Below are positions 44,322-58,600 of a stretch of 64,000 nt of DNA, piece after piece. Source of the stretch: Bacteroidaceae bacterium (lineage in GTDB: Bacteria; Bacteroidota; Bacteroidia; Bacteroidales; Bacteroidaceae). The notes under the pieces were generated by a model. It was not told the origin of the DNA, did no database searches, and saw nothing but the letters and a program-made list of their open reading frames with translations. The DNA is taken from positions 1,348,615 through 1,412,614 of the forward strand of contig OY787448.1 in NCBI GenBank assembly GCA_963678855.1, given 5' to 3'. The stretch's first letter is position 1, and each line of letters begins with the position of its first letter. The position numbers and the translations under genes were made by a program.

Positions 44322-45404
44322 TTAATATAAATATAGATAGTCATAATGCACTAATGGCTTATGCCCTTTTTCTCCAAGGATGGCTTTGGCTTTCACACTA
44401 CTCATTTTGACCTTGCCTAGACCTATCACTTTATCTTCTGGATTCAGAATCTGAACGATATCATTCTTTTCAAACTCCCCAACAATACTCGTTGCCCCTA
44501 CTGGTAGAAGACTGACAGCTTGGTCACTCAACAACTTTTCGACTGCCGAGTCATTAATCTGTATAGCTCCTTTTGCAAAGTCCCTACTATGCGCAATCCA
44601 TTTCTTAACGCTGGAAGACTTGCGAGTTGAAGGTTTGAATCTTGTGCAAGGCGTTTCTGGCGATTGTAACAAATCCAAAAGTATATTTCTTTTCTTACCG
44701 TTTGCAATAATGACTTCCACACCTTCATCTGCAAGTTTCTGAGCAATATTACATTTGGTAAGCATACCACCACGCCCAAATCTAGATTTAGTAGTCTGAA
44801 TATATTTTTCCAATTCAGTATCAGGGGTTATCTCACGAAGCAACTCTGCGTTTGGGTCTGATGGGTTTGCAGTAAATATACCATCTACATTACTAAGTAT
44901 AACTAGTTGCTGGCAGTTAAGCATTGTTGCTACTAGCCCTGACAACTCATCATTATCTGTAAACATCAATTCTGTGACAGAAATCGTATCATTTTCATTT
45001 ATAATAGGAACTACTCCTTGTTGCAAGATAGTGTGGATACAGTTTCGTTGTGTCAGATAATGCTGACGAGTTGAGAAATTCTCTTTTGTCGTCAACACCT
45101 GAGCCACAGCAATACCGTGTTCACGAAATAGCTCGTAATATCTATTGATTAATTTAGCCTGCCCTACGGCCGAATATAATTGACGTTGCTCAACCTCGTC
45201 CAATGACGCTTTCATATGTTGTAGTTCACTGCGACCAGCCGCAACAGCTCCAGAAGAAATCAAGACCACTTCAATTCCTTCTCTATAAAGATGCACTAAC
45301 TGATCAGTCAATGCAGAAATACGCGTTACATCAAGTGTGCCGTCAGTCCGAGTTAAAACATTGCTCCCGACTTTGACAGCTATTCGTTTTAATTTTTTGT
45401 TCAT
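44322..45404 (-). CDS. proB: glutamate 5-kinase (with C-terminal PUA domain)
   Basis: 360 aa. IAVKVGSNVLT, LISSGAVAAG, NENDTISVTELMFTDND, C-terminal PUA-like segment. Confidence 0.93.
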   Translation of the reverse strand: MNKKLKRIAVKVGSNVLTRTDGTLDVTRISALTDQLVHLYREGIEVVLISSGAVAAGRSELQHMKASLDEVEQRQLYSAVGQAKLINRYYELFREHGIAVAQVLTTKENFSTRQHYLTQRNCIHTILQQGVVPIINENDTISVTELMFTDNDELSGLVATMLNCQQLVILSNVDGIFTANPSDPNAELLREITPDTELEKYIQTTKSRFGRGGMLTKCNIAQKLADEGVEVIIANGKKRNILLDLLQSPETPCTRFKPSTRKSSSVKKWIAHSRDFAKGAIQINDSAVEKLLSDQAVSLLPVGATSIVGEFEKNDIVQILNPEDKVIGLGKVKMSSVKAKAILGEKGHKPLVHYDYLYLY

Positions 45405-45423
45405 ATCACTTATGATTTAAACG

Positions 45424-45431
45424 CAAATATA
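45424..45431 (-). promoter_or_regulatory. -7 promoter box (TATATTTG) for proBA-argF'
   Basis: Minus-strand TATATTTG, 20 nt upstream of the proB ATG. Confidence 0.4.
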
Positions 45432-45493
45432 CCATTTTTACGTCACATTGCTATTAAAAAGAAGAAAAAAGAGACAATTTGAGAGGCTAAAAG

Positions 45494-45565
45494 TATCCCG
45501 GAGGAGAATCGAACTCCCATCGACCGCTTAGGAGGCGGTTGTTCTATCCATTGAACTACCAGGAC
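45494..45565 (-). tRNA. tRNA-Arg (anticodon CCT)
   Basis: Minus strand GTCCTGGTAGTTCAATGGATAGAACAACCGCCTCCTAAGCGGTCGATGGGAGTTCGATTCTCCTCCGGGATA. Anticodon stem ACCGC/GCGGT with loop CTCCTAA, T loop GTTCGATTC, acceptor with two G-U pairs. Confidence 0.88.
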
Positions 45566-45706
45566 AAGAAATGAGATTTGGGCAAACGAGATAAAAGATA
45601 AGCCAAATGTTGGAAAAATATGCAGGTTTGGTGCATATCTCAATTATTGAAGTGCAAATATACGATTATAATAAGAATAATCGAATAATCACTTGGTTTT
45701 TTCAAA

Positions 45707-45714
45707 TATCTTTG
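45707..45714 (+). promoter_or_regulatory. -7 promoter box (TATCTTTG) for korAB
   Basis: Matches TAnnTTTG, about 115 nt upstream of the korA ATG. Confidence 0.45.
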
Positions 45715-45828
45715 CGACCTTTGTGACAGACTTAAGAAAAATCAAACTATAACCTAAACCATGATCATTTAGAGTAATGTGTAAGCAGAAGCTCGAATGT
45801 AAATTCTAATTATTAATATTACCGCTTT

Positions 45829-47679
45829 ATGACAAACAATTTGCTTGCTAAGGAAGTAAAAGATGTTGTTGTAAGATTTTCGGGAGATTCAGGAGATGGG
45901 ATGCAGCTTGCTGGAACCATCTTTTCTAATCTTGCGGCATCTCTAGGCAACGAAATCAGTACCTTCCCTGACTTTCCTGCGGAAATTCGCGCCCCACAAG
46001 GGACAATTAGTGGTGTTTCTGGCTTCCAAGTTCGTATTGGCGCCGACAAAGTGTACACATGTGGAGATACGTGTGATGTACTTGTAGCGATGAATCCAGC
46101 TGCTCTGAAAACAAATGCGAAGTTTTTGAACAGTCAGTCTATCATCATTACAGACACTGACTCTTTCGGTAAAAGAGATTTAGAAAAAGCGTTGTACACT
46201 ACTAACGATCCATTTGAAGAATTAGGTATTAAAAATGAAGTGATTGCTGTGCCAATCACAACTCTTTGCAAAGAGTCACTTAAAGATAGTGGCCTTGACA
46301 ACAAAGCTATTGTTCGATGCAAAAACATGTTTGCCCTTGGGCTTGTATGCTGGCTATTTAATAGTCCTCTTGAGCATGCCATGGAAATGCTCAAGAACAA
46401 ATTCTCCAAAAAGCCTACTATTGCTGAGGCAAACATCAAAGTGATGACCGATGGGTACAACTACGGTTATAACACACATGCTTCGGCTACGACATATCGC
46501 ATTGAGACAGGTGAGCCTAAAGAAAAAGGCTTCTACACCGACGTAAATGGTAATCTTGCTACTGCTTACGGGCTTGTAGCCGCAGCTGAAAAAGCTAACT
46601 TGCAGTTATTCCTAGGCTCTTATCCTATTACTCCAGCTACAGATATTCTACACCATCTAGCTAAAATGAAAGATTTGGGCGTAGTGACTGTACAGTGTGA
46701 GGATGAAATTGCTGGATGTTGTGCAGCAATTGGTGCTTCATTCGCTGGTAATTTAGCGGTAACAACAACATCTGGCCCTGGCGTCTGCTTGAAGAGCGAG
46801 GCAATCAACTTGGCTATTATGGCTGAGCTACCATTGGTTGTTGTCAACGTACAACGCGGTGGCCCTTCTACTGGGCTTCCTACTAAGAGTGAGCAAACCG
46901 ACTTGCTTCAAGCTTTGTATGGTCGTAACGGGGAAAGCCCTATGGTTGTGCTAGCTGCACAAACTCCAGATGACTGTTTTGATGCAGCCTACTATGCAGC
47001 TAAGCTAGCGCTTGAGCATATGACACCAGTAATGTTGCTAACCGATGGTTATGTAGCAAACGGTGCAAGTGCATGGCGTATCCCTGAACTAGACACATAT
47101 CCTACAATCAACCCTCCGTATGTGGACGCTGAAGATGCAGTCGACTGGAAACCTTACAAGCGCAATGCTATTTCTAAGGTACGTCAATGGGCCATCCCTG
47201 GACAAGAAGGTTTCGCACACCGCCTAGGTGGTCTTGAAAAAGACAACGAAACATCTGCTATTTCTACAGATGCTGCTAATCACGAGTTGATGACAAGTAT
47301 CCGTCAAGAAAAACTAGAACATATCACATACAGTATCCCTAAACAGACCGTAGAGGGAGACGACGATGCTGACATCCTAGTTGTTGGTTGGGGTAGTACA
47401 TATGGTCACCTTCATGCGGCAGTCTCAGAAATGAGAGCGTCTGGCAAGAAAGTAGCTCATGCACACTTCAAATATATCAATCCATTGCCAAGCAACACAG
47501 AAGATCTACTTAAGCAGTATAAGCACGTAATCGTTGCGGAGCAAAACCTAGGTCAGTTTGCGATGGTACTTCGTAACCGAGTACCATGTGTTACTATCAA
47601 GCAGTTTAACCGTGTAGAGGGTCAACCATTCAAGGTAGAAGAGTTGGTTGAAGCTTTCACTAAAACAATGGAGGAATAA
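45829..47679 (+). CDS. korA: 2-oxoacid:ferredoxin oxidoreductase subunit alpha (fused gamma/alpha)
   Basis: 616 aa. The N-terminal gamma-like domain (RFSGDSGDGMQLAG) is fused to the alpha domain (GSYPITPATDI, VNVQRGGPSTGLPTKSEQTDL). Confidence 0.9.
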   Translation: MTNNLLAKEVKDVVVRFSGDSGDGMQLAGTIFSNLAASLGNEISTFPDFPAEIRAPQGTISGVSGFQVRIGADKVYTCGDTCDVLVAMNPAALKTNAKFLNSQSIIITDTDSFGKRDLEKALYTTNDPFEELGIKNEVIAVPITTLCKESLKDSGLDNKAIVRCKNMFALGLVCWLFNSPLEHAMEMLKNKFSKKPTIAEANIKVMTDGYNYGYNTHASATTYRIETGEPKEKGFYTDVNGNLATAYGLVAAAEKANLQLFLGSYPITPATDILHHLAKMKDLGVVTVQCEDEIAGCCAAIGASFAGNLAVTTTSGPGVCLKSEAINLAIMAELPLVVVNVQRGGPSTGLPTKSEQTDLLQALYGRNGESPMVVLAAQTPDDCFDAAYYAAKLALEHMTPVMLLTDGYVANGASAWRIPELDTYPTINPPYVDAEDAVDWKPYKRNAISKVRQWAIPGQEGFAHRLGGLEKDNETSAISTDAANHELMTSIRQEKLEHITYSIPKQTVEGDDDADILVVGWGSTYGHLHAAVSEMRASGKKVAHAHFKYINPLPSNTEDLLKQYKHVIVAEQNLGQFAMVLRNRVPCVTIKQFNRVEGQPFKVEELVEAFTKTMEE

Positions 47680-47682
47680 GAT

Positions 47683-48690
47683 ATGTGCCAATTTACAGCT
47701 AAAGATTTTAAAAGTGATCAGTACGTACGTTGGTGCCCTGGATGTGGTGACCACGCACTACTTAATTCACTTCAAAAAGCGATGTCTAATCTAGGTATCA
47801 AACCTCATGAAACAGCAGTAATTTCAGGTATCGGCTGTTCTTCTCGTTTGCCTTACTACATGGCGACATACGGTTTTCATACGATTCATGGCCGTGCAGC
47901 AGCTATTGCTACTGGTGTCAAAGTTGCCAACCCTGAACTATCTGTATGGCAAATTTCAGGTGATGGTGATGCGATGGCTATTGGTGGTAACCACTTTATC
48001 CATGCGCTTCGTCGTAACGTAGATATCAATATCGTCCTTTTAAACAACCGTATCTACGGTCTAACTAAAGGACAGTACTCTCCTACTTCACCTCGTGGTT
48101 TTGTCTCTAAGTCATCTCCATTTGGCACAGTAGAAGATCCATTCCGTCCAGCAGAGCTTATCTTCGGTGCACGCGGTCAATTCTTTGCTCGTTGTGTCGA
48201 TGTAGACGCTAAGCATGCTACAGAATGTCTTGAAGCATCTGCTAAGCACAAAGGTGCATCGGTTATAGAAGTGCTACAAAACTGTGTAATCTACAACGAT
48301 GGCTCACAAAGCATGGTAGCGACTAAATCAGCCCGTGCTAAAAATGCCATTTATCTTGAACACGGCAAGCCAATGATCTTCGGTGAAAGCAATGAACTTG
48401 GTTTGATGCAAGAAGGCTTCGGACTAAAAGTCGTAAAGATTGGAGAAAATGGCGTGACGGAAGCTGATTTGCTAGTACACGATGCTAAGTGTGTAGACAA
48501 GACAGTTCACACAAAACTAGCATTGATGGAAGGTCCTGACTTCCCAGTGGCTCTAGGTGTCATTCGTGATGTGGACAAACCAACTTATGATGATAGCGTT
48601 TACGAGCAAGTTGAAAAGTGCAAGTCAACAAAACAAGGTGGCTGCCTACGTGAAAAGCTTCTTAAAGGTGATGTTTGGGAGATTAAGTAA
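47683..48690 (+). CDS. korB: 2-oxoacid:ferredoxin oxidoreductase subunit beta (TPP-binding)
   Basis: 335 aa. WCPGCGDH, GIGCSSR, TPP motif SGDGDAMAIGGNH...NNRIYGLTKGQ. The start is 3 nt after the korA stop. Confidence 0.9.
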   Translation: MCQFTAKDFKSDQYVRWCPGCGDHALLNSLQKAMSNLGIKPHETAVISGIGCSSRLPYYMATYGFHTIHGRAAAIATGVKVANPELSVWQISGDGDAMAIGGNHFIHALRRNVDINIVLLNNRIYGLTKGQYSPTSPRGFVSKSSPFGTVEDPFRPAELIFGARGQFFARCVDVDAKHATECLEASAKHKGASVIEVLQNCVIYNDGSQSMVATKSARAKNAIYLEHGKPMIFGESNELGLMQEGFGLKVVKIGENGVTEADLLVHDAKCVDKTVHTKLALMEGPDFPVALGVIRDVDKPTYDDSVYEQVEKCKSTKQGGCLREKLLKGDVWEIK

Positions 48691-48712
48691 CCCAGAAGAC
48701 TAACATATACAA

Positions 48713-48750
48713 AGAGCGGTCGATTAGAGATGAATCTAATCGACCGCTCT
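48713..48750. terminator. shared convergent hairpin between korB and comF
   Basis: AGAGCGGTCGATTAG-AGATGAAT-CTAATCGACCGCTCT (15-bp perfect stem). The right arm contains the comF stop codon. No clean T tract on either side. Confidence 0.5.
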
Positions 48751-49467
48751 TGCCATTACTAGAATGCTTATTTTTAAGTCAGGAATTTTACGCAATGCTT
48801 CTCCACAAGCAATTAATGTAGAACCTGTTGTCAACACATCATCTACCAAGAGTATATGCTTCCCGCTTAAGTTATCTGCTTCATCACAATAAAACAAATG
48901 CTCACTATTGCTGATACGTGCTCCACGTGATAGTTTAGTTTGAGTAGGGTTGTGTCTTTGTCTACTCAGTATATCTGTACGCATTGGGATACCTGTAACT
49001 TTTTCAACACCTTCACATAAACAATCACACTGATTATATCCCCTACTTTTAAGTCGCTTAGGATGGAGAGGAACAGGAACAATAACATCAATATCATTAA
49101 AGAAGTCAGTTTCAACCATGAGTTCTCGCGCCATCATTTTCCCCATTTCTACGCCGACCCAAGGTAGATTTCTGTACTTCAGGCTGTATACAATCTCAGC
49201 AAAAAGGCTGTGACTATAATGGTGCATAAAACAGTGAGCTCTTTCTATAGGTATCAGTCCCCAAAACAATTGCTCAACATCATTGCTTGGCTTGGCCTTC
49301 ATATGCGTATATGGAAACTTAGCAGCGCAATGTAAACAAAAAACTTTGCCTCCCCTATGCATCCTACCGCCACAGACGATACAATACTTAGGGAAAACAA
49401 AGTGTACAATATCCTCTATACGTTCAAGGCAAGCCTGCCAGATTGATGTACGTATGGAGAGTTTCAT
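48736..49467 (-). CDS. comF: ComF family protein (phosphoribosyltransferase domain)
   Basis: 243 aa. N-terminal double CxxC zinc-finger-like segment (CIVCGG...CLHC) and PRT motif ILLVDDVLTTGSTL. Confidence 0.8.
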   Translation of the reverse strand: MKLSIRTSIWQACLERIEDIVHFVFPKYCIVCGGRMHRGGKVFCLHCAAKFPYTHMKAKPSNDVEQLFWGLIPIERAHCFMHHYSHSLFAEIVYSLKYRNLPWVGVEMGKMMARELMVETDFFNDIDVIVPVPLHPKRLKSRGYNQCDCLCEGVEKVTGIPMRTDILSRQRHNPTQTKLSRGARISNSEHLFYCDEADNLSGKHILLVDDVLTTGSTLIACGEALRKIPDLKISILVMARAVD

Positions 49468-49485
49468 CTAATCTTGGTGTATGAA

Positions 49486-50139
49486 TTAAATCTTATCGCC
49501 GTAAGCCAAATCACCAACATCACCCAAACCTGGAACAATATATGAGTGGTCATTGATAATTGGATCAATAGCTGCACACCAGATAGTCGTATTTGCTTCT
49601 GGGAATACCTTGGCAATATAATCGACAGCTTGTTGGCTAGCAATAATACATGCCACGTGCACATCTTTAGGCAAACCACGATTCAACATCGCTTTGTAAC
49701 CAAGTTCCATAGAACTACCTGTAGCAAGCATAGGGTCAGTCATAATCAAAGTCTTGCCATCAATGCGAGGTGAAGCTAAGTACTCCACATGCACATCAAA
49801 CTTCAACTTATCTTTATACTTACGATATGCCGACACAAAAGCATTCTCAGCATCATCAAAATAACTAAGGAAACCTTGGTGGAAAGGTAGACCTGCTCGA
49901 AGAATCGTGTTGATAACCAATTGATTATCATGAGTCGACACAGGTGCCTTATCTAGAGGTGTTTGTACCTCTTTGTCCGAGTAATCAAACGTCTTACTGA
50001 TTTCATAGGCCATAATCTCGCCAATTCTTTCAATGTTACGACGAAAACGAAGTCTGTCGCTTTGTACGTTGACGTCTCTAATCTCAGCTAAATATTTATT
50101 CAACACCGAATTAGTTTCGCTTAAGTTGATAATTTTCAT
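49486..50139 (-). CDS. upp: uracil phosphoribosyltransferase
   Basis: 217 aa. ILRAGLPF, PRPP loop LIMTDPMLATGSS, C-terminal YIVPGLGDVGD. Confidence 0.92.
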   Translation of the reverse strand: MKIINLSETNSVLNKYLAEIRDVNVQSDRLRFRRNIERIGEIMAYEISKTFDYSDKEVQTPLDKAPVSTHDNQLVINTILRAGLPFHQGFLSYFDDAENAFVSAYRKYKDKLKFDVHVEYLASPRIDGKTLIMTDPMLATGSSMELGYKAMLNRGLPKDVHVACIIASQQAVDYIAKVFPEANTTIWCAAIDPIINDHSYIVPGLGDVGDLAYGDKI

Positions 50140-50297
50140 CCTGAATAGGTTTTTTAGGGGGTTTCAAATTGGGTACAAAGTAACACAAAATAATTGGATT
50201 AGCAATATTCGATTTTCACTTTTTATGACGATATTATAAAATGAATCCTATTAGAGAAATATTTCTTCAATTGCTTCTTTTCTTCAATATAATAATG

Positions 50298-50305
50298 TAT
50301 ATTTG
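50298..50305 (+). promoter_or_regulatory. -7 promoter box (TATATTTG) for pckA
   Basis: Matches TAnnTTTG, about 100 nt upstream of the pckA ATG. Confidence 0.45.
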
Positions 50306-50404
50306 TAAGTGACGGAAAAAGGGAAGTCGAAAAACACCTTTTTACGCCTTATTCGCTTTTAAGAAGATTTTATTCAATACCAATTTATTTAAAACATAAG
50401 GAAT

Positions 50405-52003
50405 ATGGCAAATCTAGATTTAACTAAGTATGGGATCACTGGCACTACAGAGATCGTTCGTAATCCATCTTTTGATGTACTCTATGCTGAAGAGACTAAA
50501 CCATCTCTTCAAGGTTTTGAAAAAGCACAACTAACTGAACTTGGCGCACTAAACGTAATGACGGGAGTCTACACTGGACGCTCACCTAAAGATAAGTTCT
50601 TAGTGAAGAACGAAGCTTCTAAGGATGTATGGTGGACTTCTGATGAATTTCCTAACGACAACAAGCCTTGTACTGAGGAGGCTTGGGAGGACATGCGTAA
50701 AAAAGCAATCAAACAACTTAGTGGACCTAAGAAGCTTTTCGTTGTAGACACATATAGTGGTGCAAACGAAAACTCTCGACTAAAGGTACGCTTCATTATG
50801 GAAGTTGCTTGGCAAGCACATTTTGTAACAAACATGTTTATCCGTCCTACCGCCGAAGAATTAGAAACATACGAACCTGATTTCGTAAGCTTCAACGCTT
50901 CTAAAGCAAAGGTAGATAATTATAAAGAACTAGGTATCAACTCAGAAACTGCTTCTGTGTTTAACCTAGCATGTAAAGAACAAGTGATTTTGAACACTTG
51001 GTATGGTGGTGAAATGAAGAAAGGTATCTTTGCTATGATGCACTTCTATCTTCCACTTCAAGGCATTGCTACGATGCACTGTTCTGCAAATATGAGCCAT
51101 GATGGCGAAACAGCTATCTTCTTTGGTTTATCTGGCACAGGTAAAACAACTCTTTCGACCGACCCTAAGCGTCTACTTATCGGTGACGATGAACATGGTT
51201 GGGATGATGATGGTGTCTTCAACTTTGAGGGAGGTTGCTACGCTAAGGTAATCAATCTTGACAAAGAAAGTGAGCCAGACATCTATAACGCTATTAAGCG
51301 TGACGCTCTTCTTGAAAATGTCACAGTTGACGAAAATGGAAAGATTGACTTTGATGACAATTCGGTAACTGAGAACACTCGTGTTTCTTATCCGATTCAT
51401 CATATCAACAACATCAAGTTACCATCTAAGGGGCCTGGTGCAAAACAGGTTATTTTCTTGTCTGCGGATGCCTTTGGTGTGTTACCTCCAGTATCCATCT
51501 TGACTCCTGAACAAGCTCAGTACTACTTCTTATCTGGATTTACGGCTAAACTGGCTGGTACTGAACGTGGTATCACTTCACCTCAGCCTACTTTCTCAGC
51601 TTGTTTCGGCGCAGCTTTCCTTTCTCTTCACCCTACAAAATATGGTGAAGAACTAGTAAAGAAAATGGAAGCTTGTGGTGCGACTGCATATCTTGTAAAC
51701 ACTGGCTGGAATGGTAGTGGGAAGCGTATTTCTATCAAAGATACTCGTGGTATTATTGATGCTATCCTTGATGGCTCTATCGACAAGGCTGAAACTAAAA
51801 CTATCCCTTATTTCAACTTTGTAGTTCCTACTGCACTTCACGGTGTAGACCCTAGCATACTTGACCCACGTGACACATATGCTACCCCAGAAGAATGGAA
51901 TGAAAAGGCGGAGAATCTTGCAGCTATGTTTATTAAGAACTTTGATAAGTTTACTGGTAATGATGCAGGTAAGGCACTAGTTGCTGCTGGACCTAAATTG
52001 TAG
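50405..52003 (+). CDS. pckA: phosphoenolpyruvate carboxykinase (ATP)
   Basis: 532 aa. TGRSPKDKF, kinase-1a loop [28 protein letters not shown]. Confidence 0.95.
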   Translation: MANLDLTKYGITGTTEIVRNPSFDVLYAEETKPSLQGFEKAQLTELGALNVMTGVYTGRSPKDKFLVKNEASKDVWWTSDEFPNDNKPCTEEAWEDMRKKAIKQLSGPKKLFVVDTYSGANENSRLKVRFIMEVAWQAHFVTNMFIRPTAEELETYEPDFVSFNASKAKVDNYKELGINSETASVFNLACKEQVILNTWYGGEMKKGIFAMMHFYLPLQGIATMHCSANMSHDGETAIFFGLSGTGKTTLSTDPKRLLIGDDEHGWDDDGVFNFEGGCYAKVINLDKESEPDIYNAIKRDALLENVTVDENGKIDFDDNSVTENTRVSYPIHHINNIKLPSKGPGAKQVIFLSADAFGVLPPVSILTPEQAQYYFLSGFTAKLAGTERGITSPQPTFSACFGAAFLSLHPTKYGEELVKKMEACGATAYLVNTGWNGSGKRISIKDTRGIIDAILDGSIDKAETKTIPYFNFVVPTALHGVDPSILDPRDTYATPEEWNEKAENLAAMFIKNFDKFTGNDAGKALVAAGPKL

Positions 52004-52025
52004 ACATCTATTACAACAACAATAT

Positions 52026-52065
52026 GAGCTGGTATATCAAAAAGGTGATATACCAGCTCTTTTTT
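52026..52065 (+). terminator. intrinsic terminator of pckA
   Basis: GAGCTGGTATATCA-AAAAGG-TGATATACCAGCTC followed by TTTTTT. Confidence 0.9.
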
Positions 52066-52142
52066 ACGCGGTTAATTATAATATTACATGATATTCTATT
52101 GTTTTAGATTGATTTGCCCCCTATTCATCACCAAGTTATTAG

Positions 52143-55364
<3,222 letters not shown>

Positions 55365-55399
55365 AGCTTTAGATACACTTATTTGCTCCGAAATATGTA

Positions 55400-55443
55400 G
55401 CGGGCCTGTCGAAACTATATTTTCGACAGGCCCGCTTTCCTTT
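55400..55443 (+). terminator. intrinsic terminator of the GH2 gene
   Basis: GCGGGCCTGTCGAAA-CTATAT-TTTCGACAGGCCCGC (15-bp perfect stem) followed by TTTCCTTTG. Confidence 0.8.
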
Positions 55444-55466
55444 GCATTAGTCCTAACCTTAAATGG

Positions 55467-55500
55467 AATCTATCGACCAATCGCCATTGGTCGATAGATT
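55467..55500. repeat. second perfect 15-bp-stem hairpin without T tract
   Basis: AATCTATCGACCAAT-CGCC-ATTGGTCGATAGATT. Confidence 0.7.
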
Positions 55501-55620
55501 TCTTCAAGAGCTGCAACAGTTAGCAAGCATAGCACACTTGTTAGCGACCTTATACACAACTGGCTTAGTACAACTCCTCTTAGCTTCTACTAGAAGGCAA
55601 GAAGACTTGTCGTATAACCG

Positions 55621-55657
55621 AAAAAAGAGGGTGCCAAAACCAAGTTTTGACACCCTC
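55621..55657 (-). terminator. intrinsic terminator of secDF
   Basis: Minus strand: GAGGGTGTCAAAAC-TTG-GTTTTGGCACCCTC followed by TTTTTT. Confidence 0.85.
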
Positions 55658-55691
55658 TCGATATATTATATCTTATAGGATATATAGCTTA

Positions 55692-58600
55692 TTAAGCCTT
55701 CTTTTCCATGCCCTTTTGCATAGTGTATGCAATTGGAGCAGCTAGGAATAAAGAAGATAGTGTACCGATTACTACACCAAGAATCATCGCAAACGAGAAA
55801 CTACGGATTGAATCACCACCTAGAATGAAGATACAAACAAGTACGATCAATGTAGAAACAGAAGTACTGATTGTACGAGCCAAAGTAGTATTCAATGAAT
55901 CGTTAAACACTTGGATCTTATCGTGCTTAGGATACAAGCCGAAGAACTCACGGATACGGTCAAAGATAACCACCTTATCATTGATAGAGTAACCAATCGC
56001 TGTCAAAATCGCACCAATAAATGTTTGGTCAACCTCAAGTGAGAATGGCAACCATCCCCAACCGATAGCGTAGATACCCATGATAAGCAATGTATCACTT
56101 GTCAATGCAAGTACAGAACCTACAGAGTAAGAGATGTTACGGAAACGGAACAAGATATACAATGCAATAGCCAATAGTGAAAGCACTACAGACCATACAG
56201 CTGATACCTTAATATCCTCTGCAATAGTAGGACCTACCTTTTGAGAACTTACGATGCTACCACCGACAGCAGTATCACGGTTTTGGAAATCTTCTAGGGT
56301 AGTAGAAGGAGCTAGCTTAGACTTCAATGCCTTGAAGATGATAGCTTCCATTTGGTTATCTGCCTCAGTAGAGTTGTTTTCGATATCGAAGTTAGTAGAT
56401 ACACGAACTGTTTGACCGTCACCACCTAGAGCGATTACACTTACTGTCGCATCTGCGCTCTTTGTTTCATCAGCAGCAGCTACAGTTTTGATTTCAGCCT
56501 TAACAAGCTTCTCGATGTTCTCTGGAACTACCTTCTGGTCAAATACGACCTTGTAGTTACGACCACCAGTAAAGTCAATACTTTGACTCATACCACGAGT
56601 AAACAAGAAACCTAGAGCAACAACGATTAGTACGCCGAATACAGCGAATGACTTCTTAGCGTTGCCCATAAAGTTGAACTTAGAATCAACCATCATGTTC
56701 TTGCTGAATGCAGACGTGAACGTCAAGTTCAACATCTTATCCTTAGCCATGAAGTGTTCGTATACCAAGCGAGTCATAAATACTGCTGTAAAGAACGAAC
56801 AGATGATACCGATGATCAATGTAGTGGCAAAACCACGGATAGGACCAGTACCGAAGTTGAACAGGATGATACCTGTGATGATAGAAGTCAAGTTGGAGTC
56901 AAAAATCGCAGAAAGGGCGTTTTTGTAACCATCAGTAAGAGCAAGTTTCACACCCTTTCCACCGCGCAACTCTTCCTTCGTACGTTCGTAAATCAATACG
57001 TTCGCATCCACGGCCATACCCAGTGTCAAGACCATACCGGCAATACCCGACATTGTCAAGGCTGCTTGGAATGAAGCTAGGATACCTAGTGTAAAGAAGA
57101 AGTTCAAGATTAAGGCTGCGTTAGCAATCATACCTGGAACCAAACCATACATCATGCACATGTAAATCATAAGAAGTACAAGGGCTACAACGAATGAAAT
57201 GAAACCTGCACGGATAGAAGCCGCACCAAGGGATGGACCTACGATATCATCCGATACGATCTTAGCTGGAGCTGGCATACGACCAGACTTCAATACGTTT
57301 GCCAAGTCCTTCGCCTCTTCTGGAGTAAAGCTACCAGATATTTGTGAGCTACCACCTGTAATCTCAGTATTTACGTTAGGTGCAGAATATACAGTACCAT
57401 CTAGTACGATAGCTACACACTTGTTGATATTATCTTTTGTTACCTTCGCCCATTTCTTAGCACCTTGAGTGTTCATAGTCATACTAACTACTGGCTCAGA
57501 AGTACGTTGGTCGAATTCGTCGCGAGCGTCAGTTACCACATCACCTTCCAAAGCAGGAAGCATGCGGTTTGACTTACTAGACTTGATAGCATACAAAGCA
57601 AAGCCCATTGGATCGCCGTTGCGATCTTTCTCAGCTTTCACACCCCAGTGAAGAGCAAGTGCCTTAGGCGCATCAACTGTAGACTTACGAAAACAATCCA
57701 TAACTAGCGCAGTATCTTGCTTAGCTACATAACCTAGGATAGGACCACGACCGCTATTTGCTTGACGAGCAAACATAGCCATCATTTGTGCTACACGCAT
57801 ATCTTGAGAAGCCACTTGGCTAGCTACACTTTCTTCTGTAGTTTCAGCAGCAAGCTTAGACTTCAAGTCATCTGTTGCTGGGGCATCTGCTTCAACCTTA
57901 GCTGTATCAGCAGCAGCTGATTGATTTGCCTTTTCAGCAGCTACTTGAGCAGCAGCATTTACGAAAGGAGCAATAGCTTGAAGATCTTGAGTATACGTTG
58001 TCCAAAACTGAAGATTCGCACTACCTTGAAGTAGTTTACGTACACGCTCTGGGTCTTTCACGCCTGGAAGTTCTACCATGATACGCCCCATCTTGTTCTC
58101 AAGCTTTTGGATACGAGGCTGAGTTACACCGAAACGGTCAATACGAGTACGCAGGACATTGAATGAGTTATTTACTGCATCTTCTACACGGTCACGAAGT
58201 ACTTTTTCTACTTCAGCATCAGTAGACTTTGCAGTGACAACACCACGTAGCTTAGCTGTAGCGAAGATTGCTGCAAGTGGTTTTTTATCGGCTTGCTTGT
58301 TATAGTGCTTCATGAAAAGCGATACATAATCCTCTTGCGAGTGATTTTGTTCTTTGCTTGCCTCAGCAATTGCTGTCTTGAAACCAGCATCTTGATTATC
58401 TTCAGAAAGTTGCTTCAACACATCAGCTACTTCCACTTGAAGAATGGCATTCATACCACCCTTAAGGTCAAGACCTAAGTTGATTTCTTGCTTTTGACAA
58501 GACTTGTAGTCGTACCACAACCACACCGTGCCTTTTGAGATAGAATCAATAAAATGTTCTCTCTTAGTCTGATCAACTGAGCCATCTACCATTGCATATT

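Noticed and set aside
55463-55678. 71-aa ORF between the GH2 gene and secDF.
   Set aside because: It spans two terminator/hairpin structures in a convergent spacer. It has no promoter and no recognisable protein features.
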